Assembly: GCF_036321535.1 (NCBI RefSeq)
Contig: NC_087472.1
Coordinates: forward strand, 93,560,001-93,624,000
DNA length: 64,000 bases
From: Camelus dromedarius
Taxonomy: Eukaryota
Reading direction: 5' to 3'
Below the pieces are notes generated by a model. That model worked only from the letters and a program-made list of their open reading frames with translations, ran no database searches and had not been told where the DNA came from. Below are positions 51,059 through 64,000 of the stretch, piece by piece. The position numbers were made by a program, and so were the translations under genes. Within the stretch, counting starts at the first letter, position 1. Each line of letters opens with the position of its first letter.

Positions 51059-52709
51059 TCAGCCTTTAATAATGATCCCATTAGACCTCACTCTGTGCTT
51101 TAAAACATGTCTATACTCACTTAGAAATTGAGGCACTGTTTTGCTGATTTTGTTTATACACCATCGTGGACTGTGTTGGAATGGTTATTTTCTCCTGTCA
51201 GGTCATCTAATAATCATTACAGAGATTTCTCAGGTTTTTGAAACTGTGTTTCTGAAAGGGTAGGAGAGCATGGCTCTCCACGATGGTACTCTCCAGAGGG
51301 CTTCTTCCTCAAAAACTCTAGGAAGGGCCTAGATTTGCGTAGCACTGAAGTTGTAAGTGCTCTCTCTATGTACATGTATAAGAATAATCAACAGAAAGTT
51401 TTATAAACATTTTGATAGCAATTGCAAATTCCAGATTGGATCTTAAATGAATTTGACTTGACACTGCACAGAAATCATGGATCCATGATAATGACTGTTA
51501 GCTAAATCAGAGAGAGGCACCTCTTTTGTTTCCAGTGGAGTGAGGTTTTGCTGCACATTGTTTTTTATCCACTTCCAAGCTACATTCGAATTTCAGATAG
51601 AATGTCACTAATGTGATGACTAAGGCACATTTTTTTAGTTACAATTTTATTTTCAAAACTCTAAATTCCTTGAAAAACTTATATTCCCTTAGGAAGTTTA
51701 TTTTCTACTTTTTGAGAAAATTAGGTTCAATCGTCTTCTCTCTTTTCAAAACTGCAGAATTCCCTCCTCCAGGGGTCTAAACTGATGGCCTTACCTCATA
51801 TTTTACAGGACAGAAAGTCAAAGCAATGACCAAGCTCCCCACACCCATCTTCACACCACCAAACCTGTCAGTTTTCTTGATTGAATTCAGAACTTCAGGA
51901 CTGATCTTGGAAAGGGCATTCCTCCACTAGTTTCTAGAGCACATCTCTTCAAGGGCCTGAATCCTAGAGTTTTTCACAATTCTCTACATCATTCCTTTCT
52001 TTCTCACACCTAGATGTCTACTGTCTGTATAATTTTTCTAATATCCTTTATCTTAAGAATAAAGTATAGCAATGATCCCTTAATCCTATATCTTATTCCA
52101 GCTATCACTTCATTTTTAAAATACTTCATAGCAAAACTTCTGGAAAGACTTATCTACACTCACCATTTTACTTTTTCTCCTCCTGTGTACCCTTCAACTA
52201 GTGCAAATCTTGCTTGCACTCTACCTCTATTCTAAAGATGTCCATAAAATTTTACTTACTGCAGAGACAAGTTTCCTGTTAAATGATCAGTGGTTTGAAG
52301 AAAGCAGCTATGCATGAATATTTTGTATAGTTCCTAAATACTAAGTACTTTACAACTTAGTTTGGTGAAATGTCTCCCTTTAAGAACACTTCTTTCTTTC
52401 AAGAATTTACTAAATGTTGTCCTTTAAAATTTCGTCTTTATTTCAATTTACACTTTTTATTACACTTTTATTAGAAGCAACTTACCAGAAGCACAGCATC
52501 GAACAAAACAGTCTAAGAAATGATGAAAGAAAGAACATTTTCAAAAGGTCACAAATAATGAAAGTTACTCAGCATGAATCACAAAATAAGCAGAGACTTG
52601 AAAAACCAAGGGAACTGAATTATTTCTACTGATATGATAAACATTACCAAATTATTATGGCTACTGAAGTTAGATATTTTTATCATGGAATTTTTTGATG
52701 TTTAATAGT

Positions 52710-54405
52710 TTTTTTGTTTTTTGAAATAATTTTAGATTTATAGAAAAGTTCCAAAGATAATACAAAGAGTTTCCACATACCCCTCAGTCAGTTTCCACTA
52801 ATGTTAACATCTTACTTTATCTTGGTATATTTGTTAAAACTAAGAAACTAACCTTGATTAATTACTATTATCTAACCTGTGGACTTTATTCAGATTTTAC
52901 CGCTTTGTCCACTAACATCCTTTTTCTGTTCCAGGATACCAACTTGCTTTTAGTCACCATGTCTCCTTAGGTTCTTCTGATCTGTGATAGTTTCTCAGTC
53001 TTTCCTGGTTTCCTATGACCTTGAAAGTTTTGAGGAGTACTGGCTGGGTATTTTGTAGAATGTTCCTCAATTTGGGGTTGTCTGATATTTTCCTCATGGC
53101 TAGACTGAAGTTATGGGTTTTTTCTCGTAGCATACTGGAGGCATATGTTATCCATGTGACTTTATCACTGGTGATATTAACCACCATCACTTGGTTAAGT
53201 GGTGTTTGGAGGATTTCTTTACTATAAAGTTATTCTTTTTCCTCTTCTTATATTCTGGTTTTTAAACACAAGACACTAAATTCTGCTCATACTCAGAGCG
53301 AGAGGGGAATCAAACTCCATCTCTTGATGAAGGGAGTATCTATTTGTGCTGTTTGGAATTATTTGGTAGAGAGATTTATCTCTTATCCCCAGTTTATTTA
53401 TGTCAGGGTGGACTCATGATTTTTTATCTAATACTTTAGGTTATAATGTCATACCACATTATTTGGAATTTTTTTGGTCAAGTTGTTCCAGCCTTGGCCA
53501 TTGGGAACTCTTTGTTGTTTCATGTGTCACTTTGATATACCCTTATCCCTCTTCCTTTCTGTCTGAAACTACAAGATGCTCCAGGTTTATTTTGTATATA
53601 CTTTGTCCCAGCAGGTGCCAACTAAACTTTTTATCAGACATTTCTCCAAGGATCCCTGGTTCCTTTTATTGAAGAATAGTATTAGAAATCAAGATCTGGG
53701 TGCTGGGGTGCTCATTATTTCTGGGGTGTCACTACTCCCAGGGCCTCTCAGTGGAGAGAGCTATGAAATATGTTAGTATCCTAACCCATGTATACACACA
53801 TTTCTATGATTATTTCTGCATTTATTCATCTTTATATAAATTATGCTAACCTAATTGTGAATTCTTACTGCTATCTCCACCTACCTCTAATTTGGTACTG
53901 CAGGGTTTGCCTAATCTTCCTTCCTGGCTTATCTATAACCTCCCTCTCTGACAGTAAGAAACCTGGTTTTCACCATCCATCATCCATGTACTTATTTATT
54001 CAACTGGGGACATATATGTAAAGCAGATTGAGAATTATTACTTAACTTGATTTCTTGTGAGAAACAAATTTGCCAACTAGAGTATAGTTTTGTATACATT
54101 TCTTTTGTGTTTAGCCTTACAGTTGCCTTTTAAAACACCATTTGACAAAGTTACTTAGCCAGCTTCTTTTCCTCTCACTTGCTTCAGTGAGGCTCTATCA
54201 TACATTTATAATGGAGTTAGTTTCATTTGCCATAGTGTGTATTCCATTCTGAGGTCCCCTGACAGCCTGGTTGAATTTCTTTTAGTTTGCATATATTAAA
54301 GTTTACTCTTTTTGATATACGATGCTTTGGGTTTTGACAAATGCATTGAATCATATATCCACCACTTCAGTACCATACAGAGTAGTCCCATCACCCTAAA
54401 ATTCT
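52710..54405 (-). mobile_element. L1MC/MD-like 3' UTR
   Basis: ttgaaataattttagatttatagaaaagtt..ttttgaggagtactggc..ttttgtagaatgttcctcaatttgggg..ccaccacttcagtaccatacag. Confidence 0.85.
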
Positions 54406-56544
54406 ACAGGGATTTTTTTTTTTTTTGAGAAGAAACTGCTATGAGAAAGCACATGAAACAAAATCTTCCCCCCAAGTATTTGGTTTTATCTGATGATGGT
54501 GTTAAGGTAAATTTATTTCCATATTTCTAGAAACTTTTTAAAAATTTTGTGGATACACTTACTCACCAAGAATTCATAATTGCAAGCTTTTAAAATATTC
54601 ATGAGTGTGACTATCAATTACCACTCACTAATCTCAGAGTATAACATCTAAGGCCCAAACCGTGTCTCTTACTTAGAGCAACTCACTGTGTAGAAAAGGG
54701 AGGCTACTCTGTATGATCCAAGATCTTAATGATTCTGTATCATTGATCTCAGTCCCTCGCAGTTTTGGTCACACCTGTCAGCAGAGAAAGATAGTCCCTA
54801 GAGTATCTGGGTCATTGTAGCTTTGCAGCAGAATAATCAAAAGAACCAGTCATTCAGGCTTAGCTGTCATTTGAATTTGATTCTAGACAGAGATTCATAA
54901 GCGACAACCTTTTCAGCTAATGTCATCCAGATCAATGTGCAGCTGAGTCTAGAAGTACTGTCCCTACCGCAGCACCTACTGTTTTTATATTTTGTATTTT
55001 ACTTTTTGTTTTTCTTTGGTTCATTGTTGTTGTTTTGTTTGTTCTCCTCAGAGGCCTACAATTCAATTTCAGGGGCTTGAGTTGCTAACATGGCTGTCAT
55101 ATAGCTGACAGAAGTCCAAGGTGAGAATACAGCCAACTTAATACATGAAAGGTGACCCTTAAATGTCATCATTAATAGAATCTTGAGATGTGGGTTGTCA
55201 ATTTCTATTGTCAACTGAACCAAATGACCATGCAGCAAAACAATGATGCTATGTACCACTATTTGTTGGATTAATTTAGTTGTAAATTCTGTTTGAGCCC
55301 CTACTCTGCACCTTTTTAGTTCAATGATTTTGGAAAGTTAACTTCTCTGAACTTGAGTTTCCTGTCTTCCATTTTACTATGGTTTGTATGTAGAACAACT
55401 GATAAATTACACTTCAGTATACTTGATGGGGTATATATGTATCTTATTTCCATAGATGGTTGCTTATATAATGGGGTTAGAAATAAAAAGGCTGCTGAAG
55501 CTAGGAAAGAAAAATTAATAACCCTGTACTTTGAATAAAGCAACAGGATAGGAAACTTTCCAACCTTTTCCAAGTGCAAACACCCAAAACCCCTAGTTCT
55601 CTCTAGAACACAGCTAGAGAATAGTGTACTAAGCTCCCTGTGAACCTGGACTGTCATACATCCATCTCTGAACTCTCATTGTCCAGTAAAGAAATATCTG
55701 TTAAGTGTTCCCTAAGGCTTTGAGAACTAAATCTAAAAATCTAAATCTCTCATTTTACTGTTGAAGAGATTGAAGTCGAGGCAGATTAAGACTGAAATTC
55801 AGAGAGATTGATCACAGAATGGCTGAGGTCCAGTCTATTGTAAATTTATTGATTATGCTTTTGGCTCACAACATGGTAGAACGAGCACTGCTGAAAGTCA
55901 CTGTTGGACTAACAGAACTCACCAAAATGTTTTTGGCCTGCCATTTAGCAATTAGGCTCCATTATAATTTTTTCCATCTCTATTCTTTTCCACACCTGTC
56001 CTTTTAAGGAATGGCTGCCAGAAGATGTCTTTTTAAAAGTATAGTTTGGCATCTGTCACAACTTAATGCAGTTAAATTCTGTGCATAATTAGGAGACAAT
56101 TATAATATTGCATAAAGGCCATGAGGGCCTACACAGAACTATTCTGTAGAAATTCCATATTGGAATGAAAATAATTGGTGTGGAAAATTGAATTTAAAGG
56201 TACAGTTTTGCCTTATTTGATAGTGTTGTTAGCTTTGCCCGTCATCTCATGGAAGGATGTTAGTGATATTTTATTGCTCTCTTCTATATACTAGTAGGAC
56301 CAATATTTGCATAAATTAAAATGGTAACAATTACTTCTATTTTCTGGGACCTACTTTACCAGCTAGATTTCCACCTATAATCATACCTCATTTTTCAGAT
56401 TATTTGACTCCTGCCTATCTGTTGATAGATATGTTTGTCTTAATCAAGTCCAACCTTTCTCTTTAGAGGACTTTTATTCCTCCAAATGGTAAATTGTCCA
56501 AGTAATCAGAGGACTTAACTCAATCCAAAGTAGTTAGGGGTGAT

Positions 56545-57160
56545 TGTATCAGTCAAGGTTTTAACAGAATAACAGAAACACTGGGGGTGATATGCATACA
56601 ACAGGTAACTTATAATAGGGACCTGATAGAGTGTAATTGTGGAAGCTGGTTAAGTAGTCTTCATAAGGCTTTTGTCTTTGCTTCAGGTGCTGGAGCCTGA
56701 AGTCAGCACAGCATTCAGGAAGGAGAGGTGGATGTGAAGTGAGGGGAGCAAGAGTAGACTGAAGTCCATGAGGAATAACTGAAACCCACAAGGATAGGCT
56801 GGAACTCATGTTGATCTTTCACTGCCCCCAAACCTCCAGGTTTGAGGACATGGATGCCATGCAGAAGTGGACACTCTTTTTTATGGAGCTGGTCAAGCTG
56901 AAGAAGGATAGGAGGGGACACTGGTATAGCTGTGGGCCTGGCTACTGCCTCACAGGAAGGTAAGCCAGCAGGTGAGTAATAATGTGCCCCTGACCCTACT
57001 TTCTGAGCATAAAGCAAATACGGTTACTACTTTACCTTTGGCTTCCAAATCTCTCTCCGGCTGCCTCTTGCAGCACAAGCAATCTCAGAACCACACAGTG
57101 GGATGTGAAGAAAGCTGTAGTTCACAGTACAAATCCCCCACAGAGGTAAACCTGTTTCTA
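56545..57160 (-). mobile_element. ERVL LTR (LTR41-like)
   Basis: tgtatcagtcaagg..gaagctggttaagtagtct..tgctggagcctgaagtc..gaaacccacaagga. Confidence 0.65.
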
Positions 57161-57809
57161 AACAGCAGGTGAAAAAGTAACTGGATAATTAATCTGCTCT
57201 TGCCATTGATTGTTCTCTCTGCCTCTCAGTGTCACCAGAAATTCCAAGTGTTTTTTCAGTGTTTTGTTGATGTTGCTGCTAGTATATATCCCACCCAGTT
57301 GTGCAGAGTTGCCCCAAACTTGGGATTCTAGCTCCTAACTCTACTCTCTTTACGTCTTGTTTTAAACCGCAGTGCTTGGTTCAAACTCATTGGGTTCTTC
57401 TGGGACTTTTAAGGTCCTTTCCTGACAGCAGACCTTAGTAGGAGCTGCCACAGGCTCCCAGATCCCCAGGCAGTTGTCCTTAACTTTGAATCTCAGTGAA
57501 TAGGAACTTGGGTCAAGTTATTTTGCATTCCAAAATCTAATCTCATTATGTAAATTTCTCAGCCTGCTCTTGAGGGGCTAGAGATAATATCCATTTTAAG
57601 GAGTATTATCAAAGGAAAGCCTCTGTCAGACCACAGAATGTTTTATCACATCCTTCTTTCCTAGCAAATATCTGCAAAGAAGGGTATGTTATACTTCACA
57701 AGGGTGTTGGGGTGGAACACAGGCCTCTGCATTCACTTACACAAATAGCAGGTGTGAAACAAAAATAAATATTATTATTGAACAGTAATTGGACATCCAG
57801 TACCAAAAC

Positions 57810-57815
57810 TTTATT
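57810..57815 (-). terminator. Candidate distal polyadenylation signal of DCAF8L (others at 57956, 58237, 58365, 58724)
   Basis: TTTATT on + strand; last of five AATAAA hexamers within ~1 kb of the stop, followed by U-rich sequence on the minus strand. Confidence 0.45.
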
Positions 57816-58819
57816 AAATAAGGCTTAAAACAAGATATTTTTAACAGCAACTTAACTCCTATAAACAGCTGAAGAAAATTTTTAAGCAATGCATGAATCC
57901 CTAATGGTGTATTTCTTCCAATGATATCAAAGTTATCTGTAAGCATAAACAACTCTTTATTGTAACATTAAGTTATTATTAAAGTTAGTTTAAGTATGTA
58001 TTTTCAAATATTATGAATTCTTACATTCCTGGCTGGTAACTTATAGGAGATATTTGTCCCAAGAGGACTTCCTGGAAGGTAATCCTGTGGGAGTTCTCAA
58101 GCCATGAAAATTCAAGAGACTTAAGAGTGCAAACTATATAACATCATGCGATTAAATTTAATTCTTACCACCCTCCATGTGCTCAAATTAAATAGTATTA
58201 ACATATGGACTCAGAAAATGTGAACAACCCAAGTTATTTATTGTGTAAGGATGAATTATCTTGTTAAGAATTTATCTACCCAACTCTTCCCTTTTCCTTT
58301 TCTGTGAGACTGAGTGTGTGTGTGTATGGCCATGTCCGTATTCATGAACAAGACCATGGTTTGCTTTATTGTACTTTTCTTTTAAAAACTAAACACATTT
58401 CTGAAATTTTTGTGTCAGTTGAAGAACTTAATCTTTATAATAAACTACTAAAGATGAAAGAAAAGGTGCCAGTTTTCAGTGTCAGAAATGAGAAGATAGA
58501 TTCAATAAGGCTATTAATTTTTTCACCAGAATTAGGAACATTTAGAAGTCAACCATAAGAGAACAAAGGAAAAGAGGCATAAATAAATTCCTTATGCATT
58601 CACAAAGCTATAAGGGGTGAAGAGAGAGGAGTTAAAGGATCCAAGTGAGAGGAAAGGAATGAGGGAGGAAGAATGTGAAGCAGGAAGGAGGGAAGGTAGA
58701 GGAAGGAGATGAAAGAGGCTGTTTTTATTGGAAATAAAGGACAAAAGGCAAAACCATTAAACTAACTATTAAAGTCTGGCCTTCTGAGGTGCCACCGAGT
58801 TGGAGTGAATATGAGGCCT

Positions 58820-60845
<2,026 letters not shown>

Positions 60846-61086
60846 TTGGAAAATGTTCTTATTACAGAACCATCAGCAAAAGAGATCCTCCTTAGGCAAA
60901 ACTGTTATCATAAGACGCTCAGTGTTTTGCTTTAAGTTAATGTACAGTATTGAAATGAAGAAATAGGGAAGCGGAATGAAAGATTGCTAAGGTCCCCGAG
61001 CTAGTGAGTTTCTATGCAAGAAATATCTTCAGCAAATCAAATAGCTTGAGGGAAACCTTGAGAACTCTAAATGGTAAAAAAGACAT

Positions 61087-61276
61087 AGGGTTGATAGGTA
61101 AAATACACGATGACTAGTTAATTGCATTTTAGATTAAAAAATGAATACTTTATTAGTATGAGTAGATCCCAAGTACTGCACTGGATAAACTTCTACTAAA
61201 AAAAAAAAAATCATTATTTACCTGAAATGTAAATTTAACTGTGTGTCGTGTACTTTTGTTATATCTGACAGGCTTT
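61087..61276. mobile_element. MER53-like palindromic MITE (hAT)
   Basis: agggttga..taaaatacacga..agttaa / ttaactgtgtgtcgtgtactttt..tctgacaggctt; symmetric around cccaagtactgcactgg. Confidence 0.8.
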
Positions 61277-61849
61277 CTTAGTGAAAAGAGTAATGTAGTC
61301 CCTCAGTGTAATCAAAGGTGAAATCAACTGGTCAATTTAAAGTAGACATCAAAATGAGTAACTGCTTCACCAGTTTGAGGTAGAAGCGCAGCCTGTTTTT
61401 TCTTTGCACTAGAGATTCTATATATTTATTTGGAGTTAATTCGATTTAAGATACTTAGGGAACACCAACACAGTTTTATGAAAATAATTCTTCTATGATG
61501 TTATAGAACTATCAAAACATTTAAAGTATCTCCCAAAATATTTCAGAGGCTTTTGGGGGGCTTTTAGGAAAAGAAGACATCTCTTTCAGAGACAGTTAAT
61601 TGGCACTGCCCTGTTAACTTCAGAGCTTCTCCAGATGAATTATCTAAGGTGATGTCAGTAAATTTTCGAAGGGCTACAGTAAACTGCTGACTAAGAATGC
61701 CGGAATGAGGAAAACAAGATTTCCCTCAGGATAATTGCAAGATCAATGCAAAATTGATTAAACATAGAAACATAAAGTCTTCTAAAGAGAGAGAATGTTT
61801 CCAAGGCTAATAGTAATGGAAAGACACATAAAAGAATATTCATAGTAAT

Positions 61850-62320
61850 TTGTAAAGAATAGCACAGCAACCTGAAAACCACCTGAAAGCCTATCAAGAG
61901 TAACATGGATAAGTAAACTAGCATATATTTCTTTAATGGAATAATGTACAAAGTGAGGATTAATGAACTAAAATGAAATACAGCAACATGGATAAATCTT
62001 AAAAACACAATGATGGGTGAAAACAAGTGACAGAAGAATAATTAATGATTTTATTTTTATGCAGGTCTTTATAGTTTTCATATGTAATAAAACTATTTTT
62101 AAAGGTGAGAAAATAGTTGACCCAAAATCCAGGATAATTATTACCTATGGAAGAAAGGAGGAAGTTAAAACCTGCTAGAAAGGAAGCTTCAATAGTCTTA
62201 ATAATATTGATAGCTTACCAGGTATGTAGATATGTTGTTATTCTTTTTATTATTTATTGCCTGGCATACACATTTACATACCCTTTTCTATGTATCATAT
62301 ATTGCATAGACTTTTTTTTT
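61850..62320 (+). mobile_element. L1ME-like 3' end
   Basis: cagcaacatggataaatcttaaaaacacaatgatgggtgaaaacaag. Confidence 0.7.
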
Positions 62321-62649
62321 AAAGAAATAATGTTCGTTAACAAGGGATCTTGCTCAGCCATGTAGCGCAGAAACAGGAAAACCAGATAATCAAACCCTTG
62401 TATGCCCATCCTGGCATTGTCCAGGGAAGGAAGCCTTATTAACTGGCTTTGGAAGTGTCTTGTCCCATTGCAGGTAACAGTTCCATTGTTTGAGGTTGAA
62501 TCAGGTTATTTTAACCTGATGCTATTGTATTAGTTTGCCTTTTCTATATGCTCATTAAGCAAACTTTGACTATGAATTGGCTTTTCATTCAAGTTTGCTT
62601 TTAATTTAATAGATCCATTTGGTATATTTCCATTCCCATTTATTAATTT

Positions 62650-63450
62650 ATTCACCACAGATTCATTTAGCGCTTCTTTGCACCATGTACTGTTCTAGGT
62701 CCTGACAGTACAGTAGTGAATTAAAGTGGTAATCCCTTCACTCATGGAGTTTATAATACAGTGGAGGAGAAAACACAGTAGGCATGTCAATATATAGATG
62801 GATCATCCATGGCAGTGATGAATTGTATCAAGAAAAATAGAGATGTGTAAATAGATATAGACTGAAAGTTGTTGTTTTACATAGTGCATTCAGGAAAGGT
62901 CTCCTTTATTGGATGACATTTAAGTAGAGGGCTGAATGAAAAGAGAAATAGAGCATGCAAATATCTAGGGGAAGAACATTCCTTGTAGAGTAACACCACG
63001 TGCAAATGTCTAAAATTGTAGCACAAGTTCATGGAAATTCAACGAGGCCACTGTGACTGAAACAATGCAAGTAAGCACTAGGAAGAGTGTCAGGGAATGG
63101 GATTGAAAGAAACAAAGGCCAATTAAGCAGAGCCTTGTTGTTCATAATAAATAATTTTAATTTTTATTTCATTCTCTGTGTACTGTAAAGCTCTTAAAAG
63201 CTTGTGATCAGGGGAATGGCATTATCTGACTTACTTTTTAAAAAGATGATACTGGATGCTGTGTGGAGAGTAGAATGGGATAAGAGGAGAGAGCAGAAGT
63301 ACTACACTATTGCTCTAATCCAGGTGAGAATTTAAAGTAGTTTAATCTAGGGTGAGGATAGTGTAGGTCATGAAATCTGGTTAGGTTTGAAATATATTTT
63401 GAAAGCAGAAATTATAGCATTTACTGATAAGTTGAATATGAGTGTGATGT
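62650..63450 (-). mobile_element. L2 3' region
   Basis: actgttctaggtcctg..cagtagtgaa..ctcatggagttta; gacatttaagtagag; aatccaggtgaga; gaaatatattttgaaagcaga. Confidence 0.8.
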
Positions 63451-63834
63451 GGATTAGTCAAGCTACTGGCAACAAGCACGTGTCACTGGGGCAGTTTGAA
63501 GTAGTTCAATAAGTGGTTTGTTTGTTTATTTGTTTGTTTTTACAAAGGTGAGAAAAGACTATAGGGAAATTACAAGGGAAAGGTCAGGACCTCAAGACTG
63601 TTACCAACAGGCAGATATTATAATCCTAGGCCTGATGGTGTGGAGGAGAAAGAGCAGTTTGTTTTCAAAAACCTGAGACAGAAAAGGCAGTGTGGAGAGT
63701 CTGACCTGACAGGAGCTATCATTAGCCATTCCTCAGTGAACCTGCAGGGAGCGAGCCAAGGGAATAAATTCCCCAGTTTCAGTCTTCTCCCTCTGCTCTC
63801 TTGATGGTACTTCCCACTGAGTCATGTGAAGAAG

Positions 63835-64000
63835 GTGGGATTTTGTATCCTGTAACTTTACTGAATTTATTAGTTCTAATAGTTGTGTGTGTGTGTGTGT
63901 GTGGGTGGGTGTGGGTGTGTGTGTAGTCTTTAGAAGTTTTCATATATAAGGTCATGTCATCAGCAAACAGATAATTTTACTTCTTCCTTTCCAATTTGGG
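63835..64000 (-). mobile_element. L1 ORF2 fragment with (GT)n, runs off window
   Basis: ttgtatcctgtaactttactgaatttattagttctaatag..gtcatcagcaaacagataattttacttcttcctttccaattt. Confidence 0.8.

Overview
Mammalian (eutherian) genomic DNA, AT-rich and dense in L1 elements. It carries two intact genes with uninterrupted coding regions on the minus strand: a MAGE-B family gene closest to MAGEB10 (7068-8096) and a DCAF8 retrogene, DCAF8L-type (true ATG at 60568, stop at 58820). Their order and shared orientation match my recollection of the X-linked DCAF8L2-MAGEB10 interval. The host is probably a cetartiodactyl, possibly a camelid, judging from the L1 3' ends and the lack of recognisable Alu/B1/Bov/PRE/Can SINEs. 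Two arrays of ~200-240 bp MAGE promoter/first-exon cassettes are present (1-1740 and 8150-10330); the first implies another MAGE paralogue left of the window. The most notable unexplained feature is at ~19750-20820 (+): a degraded endogenous bornavirus-like nucleoprotein element (EBLN). Collinear blocks in several frames align by eye with BoDV-1 N from N- to C-terminus, and it may include viral leader sequence. The rest is L1, L2, MIR, MaLR/ERVL LTRs and DNA-transposon relics, with several unusual insertion structures. All family and reference comparisons are from memory, not from searches, and repeat boundaries are approximate.
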